DNA from: Gammaproteobacteria bacterium
GTDB taxonomy: Bacteria > Pseudomonadota > Gammaproteobacteria > Tenderiales > Tenderiaceae
Assembly (NCBI GenBank): GCA_021731365.1
Contig: JAKFXL010000018.1
Span: forward strand, 940 to 64,939
Direction of reading: 5' to 3'
Length of the DNA stretch: 64,000 nt
Within the stretch, counting starts at the first letter, position 1; every line of letters begins with the position of its first letter. Of this stretch, positions 23,530 to 32,494 are shown piece after piece. The position numbers and the translations under genes are program-made. The notes beneath the pieces are model-generated. The model was given only the letters and a program-made list of their open reading frames with translations, was not told the origin of the DNA and ran no database searches.

Positions 23530-26500
23530 CTACTGCCAATTGGCGGTAATCACCGGGGTCAGTGCCGCGTCATATTCAGGTGACAACGACGTCTGCCCAG
23601 CAGCAGGCGGGGCAAATGAAGCCATCGCACTCACCAGATTCTCTACCCGGGTATCCAGTAATGTTTTGCCATCAGCGGTCGTAAACTCCTCAATTCGATA
23701 AGCATTACCAGAATACCAATTACTGATGGTGCTTCTATCACTCGTCCCAATAATACTGACTTCTAAATCAGAACCCATCCGGCGGAACCAAAGCTGATTA
23801 ATATCAACGCCGCCCCCAACTGATAACCGATCGCTGTTACCAAGAGTAGTATCGTAATCGTTAATGACATCAGCACTCGAACCACGTCCAAACAGGTAGG
23901 TGTCGTTGCCAGTGCCACCGTTGAGGGTGTCGTTGTCGGCACCACCGTTGAGGATGTCATTGCCTGCCCCGCCGTTGAGGGTGTCCATGCCTGCGCCGCC
24001 CAGTAGGGTATCGTTGCCGGCATTGCCGTTGAGGCTGTCGTTACCAATACCACCATCGATCTGGTCGGCCAGCGCACCCCCATAGAGATAGTCGTTACCG
24101 TCGAGGCCGAAGATGCGGTTGGTACCATCGTTGTAGCCGCTGATCGAGTCACCGTTCACAGTGCCGTTGGTGATGACGCGGGCCTTGATGGCGGCTTCGT
24201 CCCAGGTGACGCCGTCGCTAAACTTGAACTGTTCAATCTTGTAACCGGGGTAGCCGGAGTTGAAGTATTCATTGACGGTCAGTTGGTCTGCCGTACCGTA
24301 TTTGATGACGAGGTGGTTGCCACTGCGTTCCAGCGCCGTCAGGGCGGTGGAGGCGACGTTGCTGAACTGGACGACGTCGCTGTTGCCGGCGGTGGTGTCG
24401 TAGTCGGTGATGGTGTCGACGCCCGACCCAAGGGCAAGCAGGTAGGTGTCGTTGCCTACGTCACCGTTGAGGGTGTCGTTGTCGGCACCGCCATTGAGGA
24501 TGTCATTGCCTGCCCCGCCATTGAGGATGTCGGTACCAGCACCGCCCAACAGGGTGTCGTTGCCGGCATTGCCGTTGAGGCTGTCGTTACCGTTGCCACC
24601 TTCGATCCAGTCAGCCAGCGCGCCACCGTAGAGATAGTCGTTACCGTCGAGGCCGAAGATGCGGTTGGTACCATCGTTGTAACCACTGATCGAGTCATTG
24701 CCTACGGTGCCGTTGGTGATGACGCGGGCCTTGATGGCGGCTTCGTCCCAGGTGACGCCGTCGCTAAACTTGAACTGTTCAATCTTGTAACCGGGGTAGC
24801 CGGAGTTGAAGTATTCATTGACAGTCAGTTGGTCTGCCGTACCGTATTTGATGACGAGGTGGTTGCCACTGCGTTCCAGCGCCGTCAGGGCGGTGGAGGC
24901 GACGTTGCTGAACTGGACGACGTCGCTGTTGCCGGTGGTGGTGTCGTAGTCGGTGATGGTGTCGACGCCCGACCCAAGGGCAAGCAGGTAGGTGTCGTTG
25001 CCTACGTCACCGTTGAGGGTGTCGTTGCCTGACCCGCCATCAAGAATGTCGTCGCCATTATCACCATTAAGATTGTCGTTACCATCGCCGCCAAACAGGG
25101 CATCCATACCCCCGCCACCATAAAGGGTGTCATTACCCGCCTGACCATCAATAAGATCATTGCCGTCACCAGCACTAAACACATTGCCAGAGGCATTACC
25201 CACAAACGCATCATCACCACTTGTTCCAGAAGTAGCCACTGCTGAAAGTGAATTAATCCCAGTGGCGACAAAAGCATTACGAACATCCTGTTCCGTCCCC
25301 CACCGTTGCTTCAACGAACGTAATTGCTCCGTACCATCCCATCCCATCTGGTTAAACCTCTCACCATAGATTCGATTCAGATCAAGGAACAGCGCCGCGC
25401 CTTCTTGAGTATTTGCGGCCATGGCCTCTGATACGCTTGCATTCAATCCATCAAACCCAACAGTAACGCCAGTGGCTGATATGTTCAGGTCAACCAAATC
25501 AAGATATTGCGACAGGCGTAGCGAAGGCATCAGGTTATTAGTGGCATCGTCAACCAGTCTGTCCCATAGATTTTCAAAATACGAGACGCCATTTGGCATG
25601 GGTGGAATGGTCACTCGAATGTAATCGTCATAGAGCAGCACACCATTGCGTTGTTCAGCTATTAATTGCGAAAGCGGCACCACAACTTCAACCGGCACTA
25701 ACCTCACCCCCTCTTCATAAACCGGCAAGCCAAGACGTGGGACATAGTGTGCGTCATTGTAGACCTGCCCCCAATCCAGAAAGGTGTGCCCCGTAAATGC
25801 CTCATAGGCATAAAGCTTTTCAAGTCCGCCCACCATGCGTTCACGCATGGCATCGAATTTACTGAGATCATCGGCCAACAATGTGGCCCGGAATGCGTTA
25901 CGGTCCACTTCGCTGGCTTTGATGCCCACATCCATCCAGCCACGCTCCTGGTCATCCAAAGGTCCACTCAGAATAAGACCATAGCCTGCGGCCAAAGCCT
26001 CTCTGCCAGCACTGAGGTATTCGGAACCATCGCCCCACTCACGCATTAATTGCTCAACAGAGGATTCAAACTCTGCCCGTGTTGGGGCATTTTTAGCCTG
26101 ATTAACCAAGGCGACCAAATCCGGATTGAGTGTTGCCGCCTCACGCAAATCTCGCACCCAACCGCTGCCATTAATATCCGGCAGCGCCATAGCTGCCTCG
26201 CCCACAATAACTGGGACGTACTCACGAATAGTGTCGTTTTGCGCAAACAGAAAACTGCCCGCCTGGCCACTACTACCATCGGTACGGGTAAAGGTGCTCT
26301 CTAGCACCATCACGGAGTCACCATAAACGGTACCGGATACACTGCTGTTGAGCTTTATGCTAGCAATGCCACTTGCCGCCAATGTCTGTAGTTCGTTTGC
26401 CTGACTAATACCGTCTTGATTCAGGTCGCGCCAAACGCGCACTTCTGAATAAAAATCATCCTGGGCATCAAAATTAAAATCAGGGTGACTGTTAAGTTGA

Positions 26501-27342
26501 GCCAACGCATCAAAACCATTACCTGCCTTTCGCCCATTAGACAACAACATCTCATCGCCAAAAATCTCAGCGCCTGAATCGATAATGCCGTTGCCATTAC
26601 GATCCCACACCAAAATGCCATCATCAGCGCCGGCCCAAGCGGTGGCTGTTTTTATGGTATCGCCGTTGGTGTCGAACATGACACCACTACTGAGCGGGGT
26701 GATCTCGATGCCATCGCCGTCCAGATCGAGGATCAATGGATCGCGGTAGGGAATGAGGCGGGTAATGGTGACCATGGGGTCAGGGGCGTTGATGATGGCG
26801 TCAGAGATGGCAGACCCACTTTGGGAGTCATTACTTGGCGGGCTATCGTTCCATGGCTTGCTTGGGTCAGTCGGATTTGCCCATCCTCCATCTGGAGGAT
26901 AAATCCTGTTCCCGTCTATGTCATAGTATTTATTTGTTGAAATATTAGTGCCTTCAGGCACTAGCTGCGATGGTCCTTGCGAAAATTCCTTCCCATCAGG
27001 GGAAACAGTAATGGTGGGTTGCCATATCATGCCAGGAGGTGGAGTTGTCTGATTTGCGGGAGCAAATCCAGGCACCCCATCGGCTTCAGCCGCCGCTTGT
27101 ATTCGCTGATTTGCTTCACGAATTTTTTCGCCCGTTGTTCTTAAGTCAGTTGCCCATGTGTCAACAATATCCCTTACTACATAGCCAACAGCGGGTGGCA
27201 TAAGGCGACTAGCCGCATCGAATATAGCATTCACGTACTCAACGGCCTGAAGTGGGTCACTTCTATTTTCAATGGCATCTCCCGCGTTAATTAAATCATG
27301 GATTATTTGATTGGTTTTATTTGCTGTCCCTAGTAATGACAT
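23530..27342 (-). CDS. large RTX-family calcium-binding protein, probable type I secretion substrate (1270 aa)
   Basis: Many GGxGxDxL/I nonapeptides (GGAGNDILNGGADNDTLNG...). The C-terminal region (..DVINDYDTTLGNSDRLSVGGGVDINQLWFRRMGSDLEVSI..SNWY..RIEEFTTADGKTL..) matches a T1SS C-terminal target domain. The N-terminal half has EF-hand-like loops (DLNQDGISQANE). It is adjacent to hlyD. Confidence 0.85.
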   Translation of the reverse strand: MSLLGTANKTNQIIHDLINAGDAIENRSDPLQAVEYVNAIFDAASRLMPPAVGYVVRDIVDTWATDLRTTGEKIREANQRIQAAAEADGVPGFAPANQTTPPPGMIWQPTITVSPDGKEFSQGPSQLVPEGTNISTNKYYDIDGNRIYPPDGGWANPTDPSKPWNDSPPSNDSQSGSAISDAIINAPDPMVTITRLIPYRDPLILDLDGDGIEITPLSSGVMFDTNGDTIKTATAWAGADDGILVWDRNGNGIIDSGAEIFGDEMLLSNGRKAGNGFDALAQLNSHPDFNFDAQDDFYSEVRVWRDLNQDGISQANELQTLAASGIASIKLNSSVSGTVYGDSVMVLESTFTRTDGSSGQAGSFLFAQNDTIREYVPVIVGEAAMALPDINGSGWVRDLREAATLNPDLVALVNQAKNAPTRAEFESSVEQLMREWGDGSEYLSAGREALAAGYGLILSGPLDDQERGWMDVGIKASEVDRNAFRATLLADDLSKFDAMRERMVGGLEKLYAYEAFTGHTFLDWGQVYNDAHYVPRLGLPVYEEGVRLVPVEVVVPLSQLIAEQRNGVLLYDDYIRVTIPPMPNGVSYFENLWDRLVDDATNNLMPSLRLSQYLDLVDLNISATGVTVGFDGLNASVSEAMAANTQEGAALFLDLNRIYGERFNQMGWDGTEQLRSLKQRWGTEQDVRNAFVATGINSLSAVATSGTSGDDAFVGNASGNVFSAGDGNDLIDGQAGNDTLYGGGGMDALFGGDGNDNLNGDNGDDILDGGSGNDTLNGDVGNDTYLLALGSGVDTITDYDTTTGNSDVVQFSNVASTALTALERSGNHLVIKYGTADQLTVNEYFNSGYPGYKIEQFKFSDGVTWDEAAIKARVITNGTVGNDSISGYNDGTNRIFGLDGNDYLYGGALADWIEGGNGNDSLNGNAGNDTLLGGAGTDILNGGAGNDILNGGADNDTLNGDVGNDTYLLALGSGVDTITDYDTTAGNSDVVQFSNVASTALTALERSGNHLVIKYGTADQLTVNEYFNSGYPGYKIEQFKFSDGVTWDEAAIKARVITNGTVNGDSISGYNDGTNRIFGLDGNDYLYGGALADQIDGGIGNDSLNGNAGNDTLLGGAGMDTLNGGAGNDILNGGADNDTLNGGTGNDTYLFGRGSSADVINDYDTTLGNSDRLSVGGGVDINQLWFRRMGSDLEVSIIGTSDRSTISNWYSGNAYRIEEFTTADGKTLLDTRVENLVSAMASFAPPAAGQTSLSPEYDAALTPVITANWQ
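23885..25026. repeat. tandem direct repeat, about 2.1 copies of a 546-bp unit (about 97-99% identity), inside the RTX gene
   Basis: 24241-24480 is nearly identical to 24787-25026 (2 mismatches in 240 nt), and 23885-24240 resembles 24431-24786. The unit encodes a 182-aa module (..DVGNDTYLLALGSGVDTITDYDTT.GNSDVVQFSNVASTALTALERSGNHLVIKYGTADQLTVNEYF..IEQFKFSDGVTWD.. plus RTX nonapeptides). Confidence 0.9.
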
Positions 27343-27410
27343 GGCATATCCTTTTTGGTTATTAAATAATTAATCTATGCAACATAAAAAATTTAATCCG
27401 CGAATGACTA

Positions 27411-27683
27411 TCATGGAACAGTCGGAGGATTAACCCAGTTTTCAGGAACTTTTATTATCAGCCTTTCAATAGAGCTCTGTTTACGCCTAACACAAGTAAA
27501 TATTTTTGATGTTATTTTAAGTTTTTCATTGTTGCTTAAATTGCTTTTATCACTGATCTTTTCTCTATCAATAGGACTCGCACACTTCAACGTTAAATAA
27601 CCCAATCTAACCACCACAATATAATCAAACCCGAAATATCCCGTTATGAGTAGCAATACGCCAATAATTAGTTTTTTATTCAT
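27411..27683 (-). CDS. small AT-rich membrane-anchored hypothetical protein (about 90 aa)
   Basis: ATG at 27683 (MNKKLIIGVLLLITGYFGFDYIVVV...), one N-terminal TM segment. Its codon composition is clearly AT-rich relative to its neighbours. It lies between the RTX gene and hlyD. Confidence 0.45.
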   Translation of the reverse strand: MNKKLIIGVLLLITGYFGFDYIVVVRLGYLTLKCASPIDREKISDKSNLSNNEKLKITSKIFTCVRRKQSSIERLIIKVPENWVNPPTVP

Positions 27684-27841
27684 GCCGACAATAACTCGTG
27701 CACACAAATAATCATAATAAATTTTCGTGGAATTCCATAATGTCCGCTCCCATAAAGATGAGCAGTAAAATTCACGCACGAAGCTGTTTTGAGATATCTC
27801 ATCAATTTATTCAAACTAACTTTATCTCTATTCAAACTCAT

Positions 27842-29185
27842 TTAACGTTCCCTCCCACTCTCATCCGCATACTGCATCAACGGGCTCAGCACATACTCAA
27901 TCAACTTTCTCTTACCTGTTTTAACCTCTACCGTCACTGACATACCAGGACTAAGATTAATCATCTTATCCTCTACACGAATGGTGTTCTGTTTTAGCAA
28001 AACTCTGGCAGTGTAGATCAACCCCAGTTTCTCATCGGCCACGGCGTCATTGGATACGTTGATCAGTTCTGCGTCAATGGCGCCGTATTTGGTGTAAGGA
28101 AAGGCATCCACCTTCACTTCTGCTATTTGTCCTTCACGCACAAAGCCGATGTCTCTGTTGACGATGATGGCTTCGACTTCAATGCCTTCGTCTTGGGGCA
28201 CAATAACCATCAGTTGTTGCGCCGGTGTGACGACGCCGCCGATGGTGTGCACCGCAAGTTGTTGCACGATGCCATCGACCGGGGCGGTGAGGCGCAGCAG
28301 TTGGTTGCGCTGGTCGGCTTTGATTGATTCCTGGTTTAATCCTTGGCCACGACGTTTGGCATCGGTGAGTTCGGCCAGGGCATTGTTGAGGGCGTTGGCC
28401 TCTTCTACTTTTCGTTGTTCTTTGAGTTGGGCGAGATTGGCAATGAGCTCCTGGCGGCGCTGTTTTTGGATGGCGAGGTCTTGGGTCTGTTCGATGCGTT
28501 GTTGTTCGAGTTCGAGATAGGTGTGGCGTGGGGCGAGCTGTTTGTCGGCGAGTGTTTTGAGTGATTCGGCGCGTTCGGTGATGATCGGCAGTGTGGCTGC
28601 GAGTTTTTTGATCTGCTCTTCGGTGCCGATGAGTTCGGCTTCACGACGCAGCTTTTCGTTATCCAGACTGCTTAGCGTGGCTTGATGCTGTTGCCACTGG
28701 CTGGCGAGCAGTTGCTTTTGCGGTTCGAGCACATCGATGCTGGTGGTGTTTGGCCAGTGGGCGATGGGGGCGGTGTGGCTTTGCATGGCGATGATGAGGG
28801 CAGTGGCGCGGGCGAGTTCTGCCTGGGCGGTGCTGTATTCGTTGCCGAGCCGGGTGGCATCGGCCTGGGTGCCGGTGGTGTCGAGGTCGATCAGTGGGTC
28901 ACCCTTTTTTACACTCTGTCCCTCGCGCACATGGATGACACTGACGCTGCCGATCTCCAGTGGTTGAATAATTTTGGTGCGGTCGCTGGGGATCACTTTT
29001 CCTTGGGCGGTGGCGACGATGTCGACCTTGCCGAAACAGGCCCAGAGGATGGCGATGGTAAACAGAATCACGATGCTCCAGGTGATGGCGCGACCGATGG
29101 GCGATGGTGGGGTCTCCTGGATCTCCAGTGCGGCGGGCAGGAATTGGAGTTCATGTTTGTTGCGTTCGATGGTTAGGTTTTGCAT
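27842..29185 (-). CDS. hlyD: type I secretion periplasmic adaptor (HlyD family)
   Basis: 447 aa: N-terminal TM (ITWSIVILFTIAILWACF), long coiled coil, and a C-terminal region (..APVDGIVQQLAVHTIGGVVTPAQQLMVIVPQD..LSPGMSVTVEVKTGKRKLIEYVLSPL) that tracks E. coli HlyD closely. Confidence 0.9.
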   Translation of the reverse strand: MQNLTIERNKHELQFLPAALEIQETPPSPIGRAITWSIVILFTIAILWACFGKVDIVATAQGKVIPSDRTKIIQPLEIGSVSVIHVREGQSVKKGDPLIDLDTTGTQADATRLGNEYSTAQAELARATALIIAMQSHTAPIAHWPNTTSIDVLEPQKQLLASQWQQHQATLSSLDNEKLRREAELIGTEEQIKKLAATLPIITERAESLKTLADKQLAPRHTYLELEQQRIEQTQDLAIQKQRRQELIANLAQLKEQRKVEEANALNNALAELTDAKRRGQGLNQESIKADQRNQLLRLTAPVDGIVQQLAVHTIGGVVTPAQQLMVIVPQDEGIEVEAIIVNRDIGFVREGQIAEVKVDAFPYTKYGAIDAELINVSNDAVADEKLGLIYTARVLLKQNTIRVEDKMINLSPGMSVTVEVKTGKRKLIEYVLSPLMQYADESGRER

Positions 29186-29187
29186 GG

Positions 29188-29760
29188 TTAGTTCACCACT
29201 GCCATGCCGTCGCGGGCATCGCCGCGCTGGTACTGATAGAGCTTGGCGTAGTGGCCATGCAGGTTGATAAGTTGGGCGTGGGTGCCCTCTTCGACAATCT
29301 GGCCATGATCTATCACGATGATTCGATCGGCATTGCGCACGGCGCTAAGGCGGTGGGCGATGATGAAGACGGTGCGGTCTTTACAGATGCGCTGCATGTT
29401 GTCTTGAATGATGCGTTCTGATTCGTAGTCGAGGGCGCTGGTGGCTTCATCAAAGATGAGGATGCGGGGGTTGCTGATAAGCGCCCTGGCGATGGCGATG
29501 CGTTGGCGCTGACCACCGGAGAGGTTGCTGCCGTGTTCACCGACCAGTGAGTCGTAACCTTCTGAGAGTTCAAGAATGAATTCATGGGCGCCTGCAAGTT
29601 TGGCGGCCTGGATGACACGCTCCATCGGCAGGCCGGGATCACTCAGGGCGATATTGGCACGCACGCTGCGGTTGAAGAGCACGTTCTCTTGCAGTACGAC
29701 GCCGACCTGCCTTCTTAACCAGGTGGGGTCGATCATGATTCTGCCACTTTCAGGGACCTA
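29188..29760 (-). pseudogene. hlyB: C-terminal remnant of a HlyB-type T1SS ABC exporter (part of the NBD only)
   Basis: ..[32 protein letters not shown]...[34 protein letters not shown].. equals the last roughly 185 residues of HlyB (signature, Walker B, H-loop). It is preceded in frame by a stop at 29758-29760. No Walker A or TMD lies upstream. Confidence 0.85.
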
Positions 29761-29822
29761 GAGAGATCGCACTAATTTGATACAGATATTCATATTTAAA
29801 GTGCACCAAGCTGACACCGGTC

Positions 29823-30323
29823 TTAATCTCTGTAGAATTTTATTTCTAAAATAACAACATCGTCAGAAACTCTATACGAAAAATAAAACTCTGAATACTC
29901 TTCTCCAGCCAGGTTGTGTCTATTCTTATCAGAAGAGATAGCTATTACATTTTTATTTAGCTCTTTTTTTACAACTTTAAGCTCTTCGCCATCTAAAGCC
30001 AGGTTCGCCAACTTTAAGAACTCTTTATTGACATTACTACTATCTAATTCCATATATGGCCCAAGAAATAGAAGCGCATGGGTTCCATAGTGATCACATG
30101 ACCAATGTTTTATCGAAAACATAGCACCATCATTTGTTATGCCCTTAACCTCTTTGGCACTATCCGCCCAAACAAACTTAGAAATCGCACTGTTTTTCTC
30201 ATACCTATCCTTTGTAAAGCTGCCCTCATCAAACACACAGCTTGACTGCTGTGCACATGCCGTGCTTGACAGAACCAGAACCACCAATCCAAAAAAAACA
30301 CATCTTTCACGAAAAATTCTCAT
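29823..30323 (-). CDS. hypothetical secreted protein (166 aa), AT-rich, carried on the insert within hlyB
   Basis: N-terminal signal peptide (MRIFRERCVFFGLVVLVLSSTACAQQ). By eye the region is about 35-40% GC against a background of about 55%. No recognisable domain. Confidence 0.55.
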   Translation of the reverse strand: MRIFRERCVFFGLVVLVLSSTACAQQSSCVFDEGSFTKDRYEKNSAISKFVWADSAKEVKGITNDGAMFSIKHWSCDHYGTHALLFLGPYMELDSSNVNKEFLKLANLALDGEELKVVKKELNKNVIAISSDKNRHNLAGEEYSEFYFSYRVSDDVVILEIKFYRD

Positions 30324-30338
30324 GTGACTTTTCTCATT

Positions 30339-30836
30339 CTAGGGCTGAGGTATCTCTACGTGATAGGCTGGATCCGCAGGTGGAGTTAAAAACTTTGACA
30401 CCCTTGCATCACCATTTACGGCGGATTCGAATTTCTTTCTCAATGCTAAATTTATACTACTCGGCGCAATATCTACAACGTTAATCTTCTTGGGATCACC
30501 AACGTGTAGGGAAACATTTCCTGGACCAATATTAGTTATCTTCACACTCATGCCATTGATAATGTCAGCCACGGATTTTCCTTGTGATTTGAGCAAGGAA
30601 TACTCGTCTATCACTTTGTCTCCATAGGAACTATATAACCTTTTCTGATGAAGAACACCATGGCGCTCGATATTTTCATACATGATTCGAGCTTGATCAT
30701 ATACGGTACGCGCGGTACTGGTCACTGTAATCAGCGGAACGCCAGCCTTTTTCATAATGTCTTCCAGCACTTTTTTACTATAGGCTGATACTTTCGACGA
30801 ATCTCTAGCTGGATCCAGATATTTTATCAATGGCAT
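30339..30836 (-). CDS. hypothetical protein (about 165 aa), AT-rich, carried on the insert within hlyB
   Basis: Likely start is MPLIKYLDPARDSS.. (the track ORF starts 12 codons earlier). It is cytoplasmic-type and contains ..ITVTSTARTVYDQA.. and ..SLHVGDPKKINVVDIAP... These faintly resemble LAS/M15-type peptidase motifs, but that is not established. Confidence 0.5.
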   Translation of the reverse strand: MPLIKYLDPARDSSKVSAYSKKVLEDIMKKAGVPLITVTSTARTVYDQARIMYENIERHGVLHQKRLYSSYGDKVIDEYSLLKSQGKSVADIINGMSVKITNIGPGNVSLHVGDPKKINVVDIAPSSINLALRKKFESAVNGDARVSKFLTPPADPAYHVEIPQP

Positions 30837-30889
30837 GTCAAATTCCCCTTTATTGAATCTCGCTGCAACCAAGCTTACGCCTGATCAAA

Positions 30890-31424
30890 GTAGAAAAACC
30901 CTCATACATCAATACCTCGACCACACTATCGATAACAAAAAAGCCCGCAGCGCTTCACCAAAGAGTTTGTGGTGTTTATATCGCAGGGATAAACCTCTTG
31001 AAATCGAATTTTCGATCACCATTCAACAGACTGGCGCGTTTGGTGATCAGGATCAATTCACCTGACCACTGTTTTTCAAACTCTTCCCGTGGGAGAACCT
31101 TCGGGCGCTGTTCGAGTGGATCTTGAATCAGGACAGAGGCACCTCTTTAAGACCACCAACAATAAAATAGTGGCCATCAGTGTGGCGGGCAATAGCGGGG
31201 AGTTGAATGCGTTCGAGACGAGAGATATCCGATTTAATCTGCCGGGCCTTGAGGCCAAGCAGTTTGGTGGCACGGAGGATTTCGGTCGGGCCGAAGTGCT
31301 GTTCGGTCTGGCCAAACTGGTGGCGTAGCTGATCGGCCTCTGCGGCAACACCGTGAAAGCGGGCAAGGATCACCAGGCAGGTTAGGCCTGTGTCAGGCCC
31401 AACAACATCCTTGTTGTTATCCAT
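30890..31424 (-). pseudogene. hlyB: N-terminal remnant of a HlyB-type T1SS ABC exporter (C39-like domain plus start of TMD), with frameshifts and stops
   Basis: The 98-aa ORF 31128..31424 (MDNNKDVVGPDTGLTCLVILARFHGVAAEADQLRHQFG..LRATKLLGLKARQIKSDISRLERIQLPAIARHTDGHYFIVGGL) matches the HlyB N-terminal C39-like domain. Homology continues in other frames with stops (..RPKVLPREEFEKQWSGELILITKRASLLNGDRKFDFKRFIPAI*, ..KHHKLFGEALRAFLLSIVW.., ..VLMYEGFSTL..), roughly up to HlyB residue 190. Confidence 0.8.
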
Positions 31425-31669
31425 TCATCCAACCCTACAGATTTTTATTTTGTCGTCACCATCAAGCTTGTGGCACACGCGACCGCAACTGGCGACAGTT
31501 TTTTGCCTATGTTAGCCGTAGACCTGCTATCTGGGCAAATAAAATATAGGGGAGAGGCAAACGTCGGGGGGGCAGGTAATGGTTTTACGTCTAATGGGGG
31601 GGCTGAATAGCCGCACACCCAAAGCCCGCCATGAGCAGCGGGCGGATGTAGCGCGGCCCTAAAGGTTGG

Positions 31670-32494
<825 letters not shown>

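Noticed and set aside
24283-25032. 249-aa plus-strand ORF (and several 60-130-aa ORFs on both strands) inside the RTX repeat region
   Set aside because: They are antisense or out-of-frame to the 1270-aa RTX gene. Their own repetitiveness simply mirrors the 546-bp tandem repeat in GC-rich glycine/aspartate codons. They have no independent start context.
31425-31669. GC hairpin GCCCGCC-ATGAGCA-GCGGGCGG just downstream of dapB as a terminator
   Set aside because: The stem is convincing but it is not followed by a clear U-run on the dapB strand. It may be a weak or Rho-dependent stop, or a structural element of the hlyB promoter region. The evidence is too thin to call.
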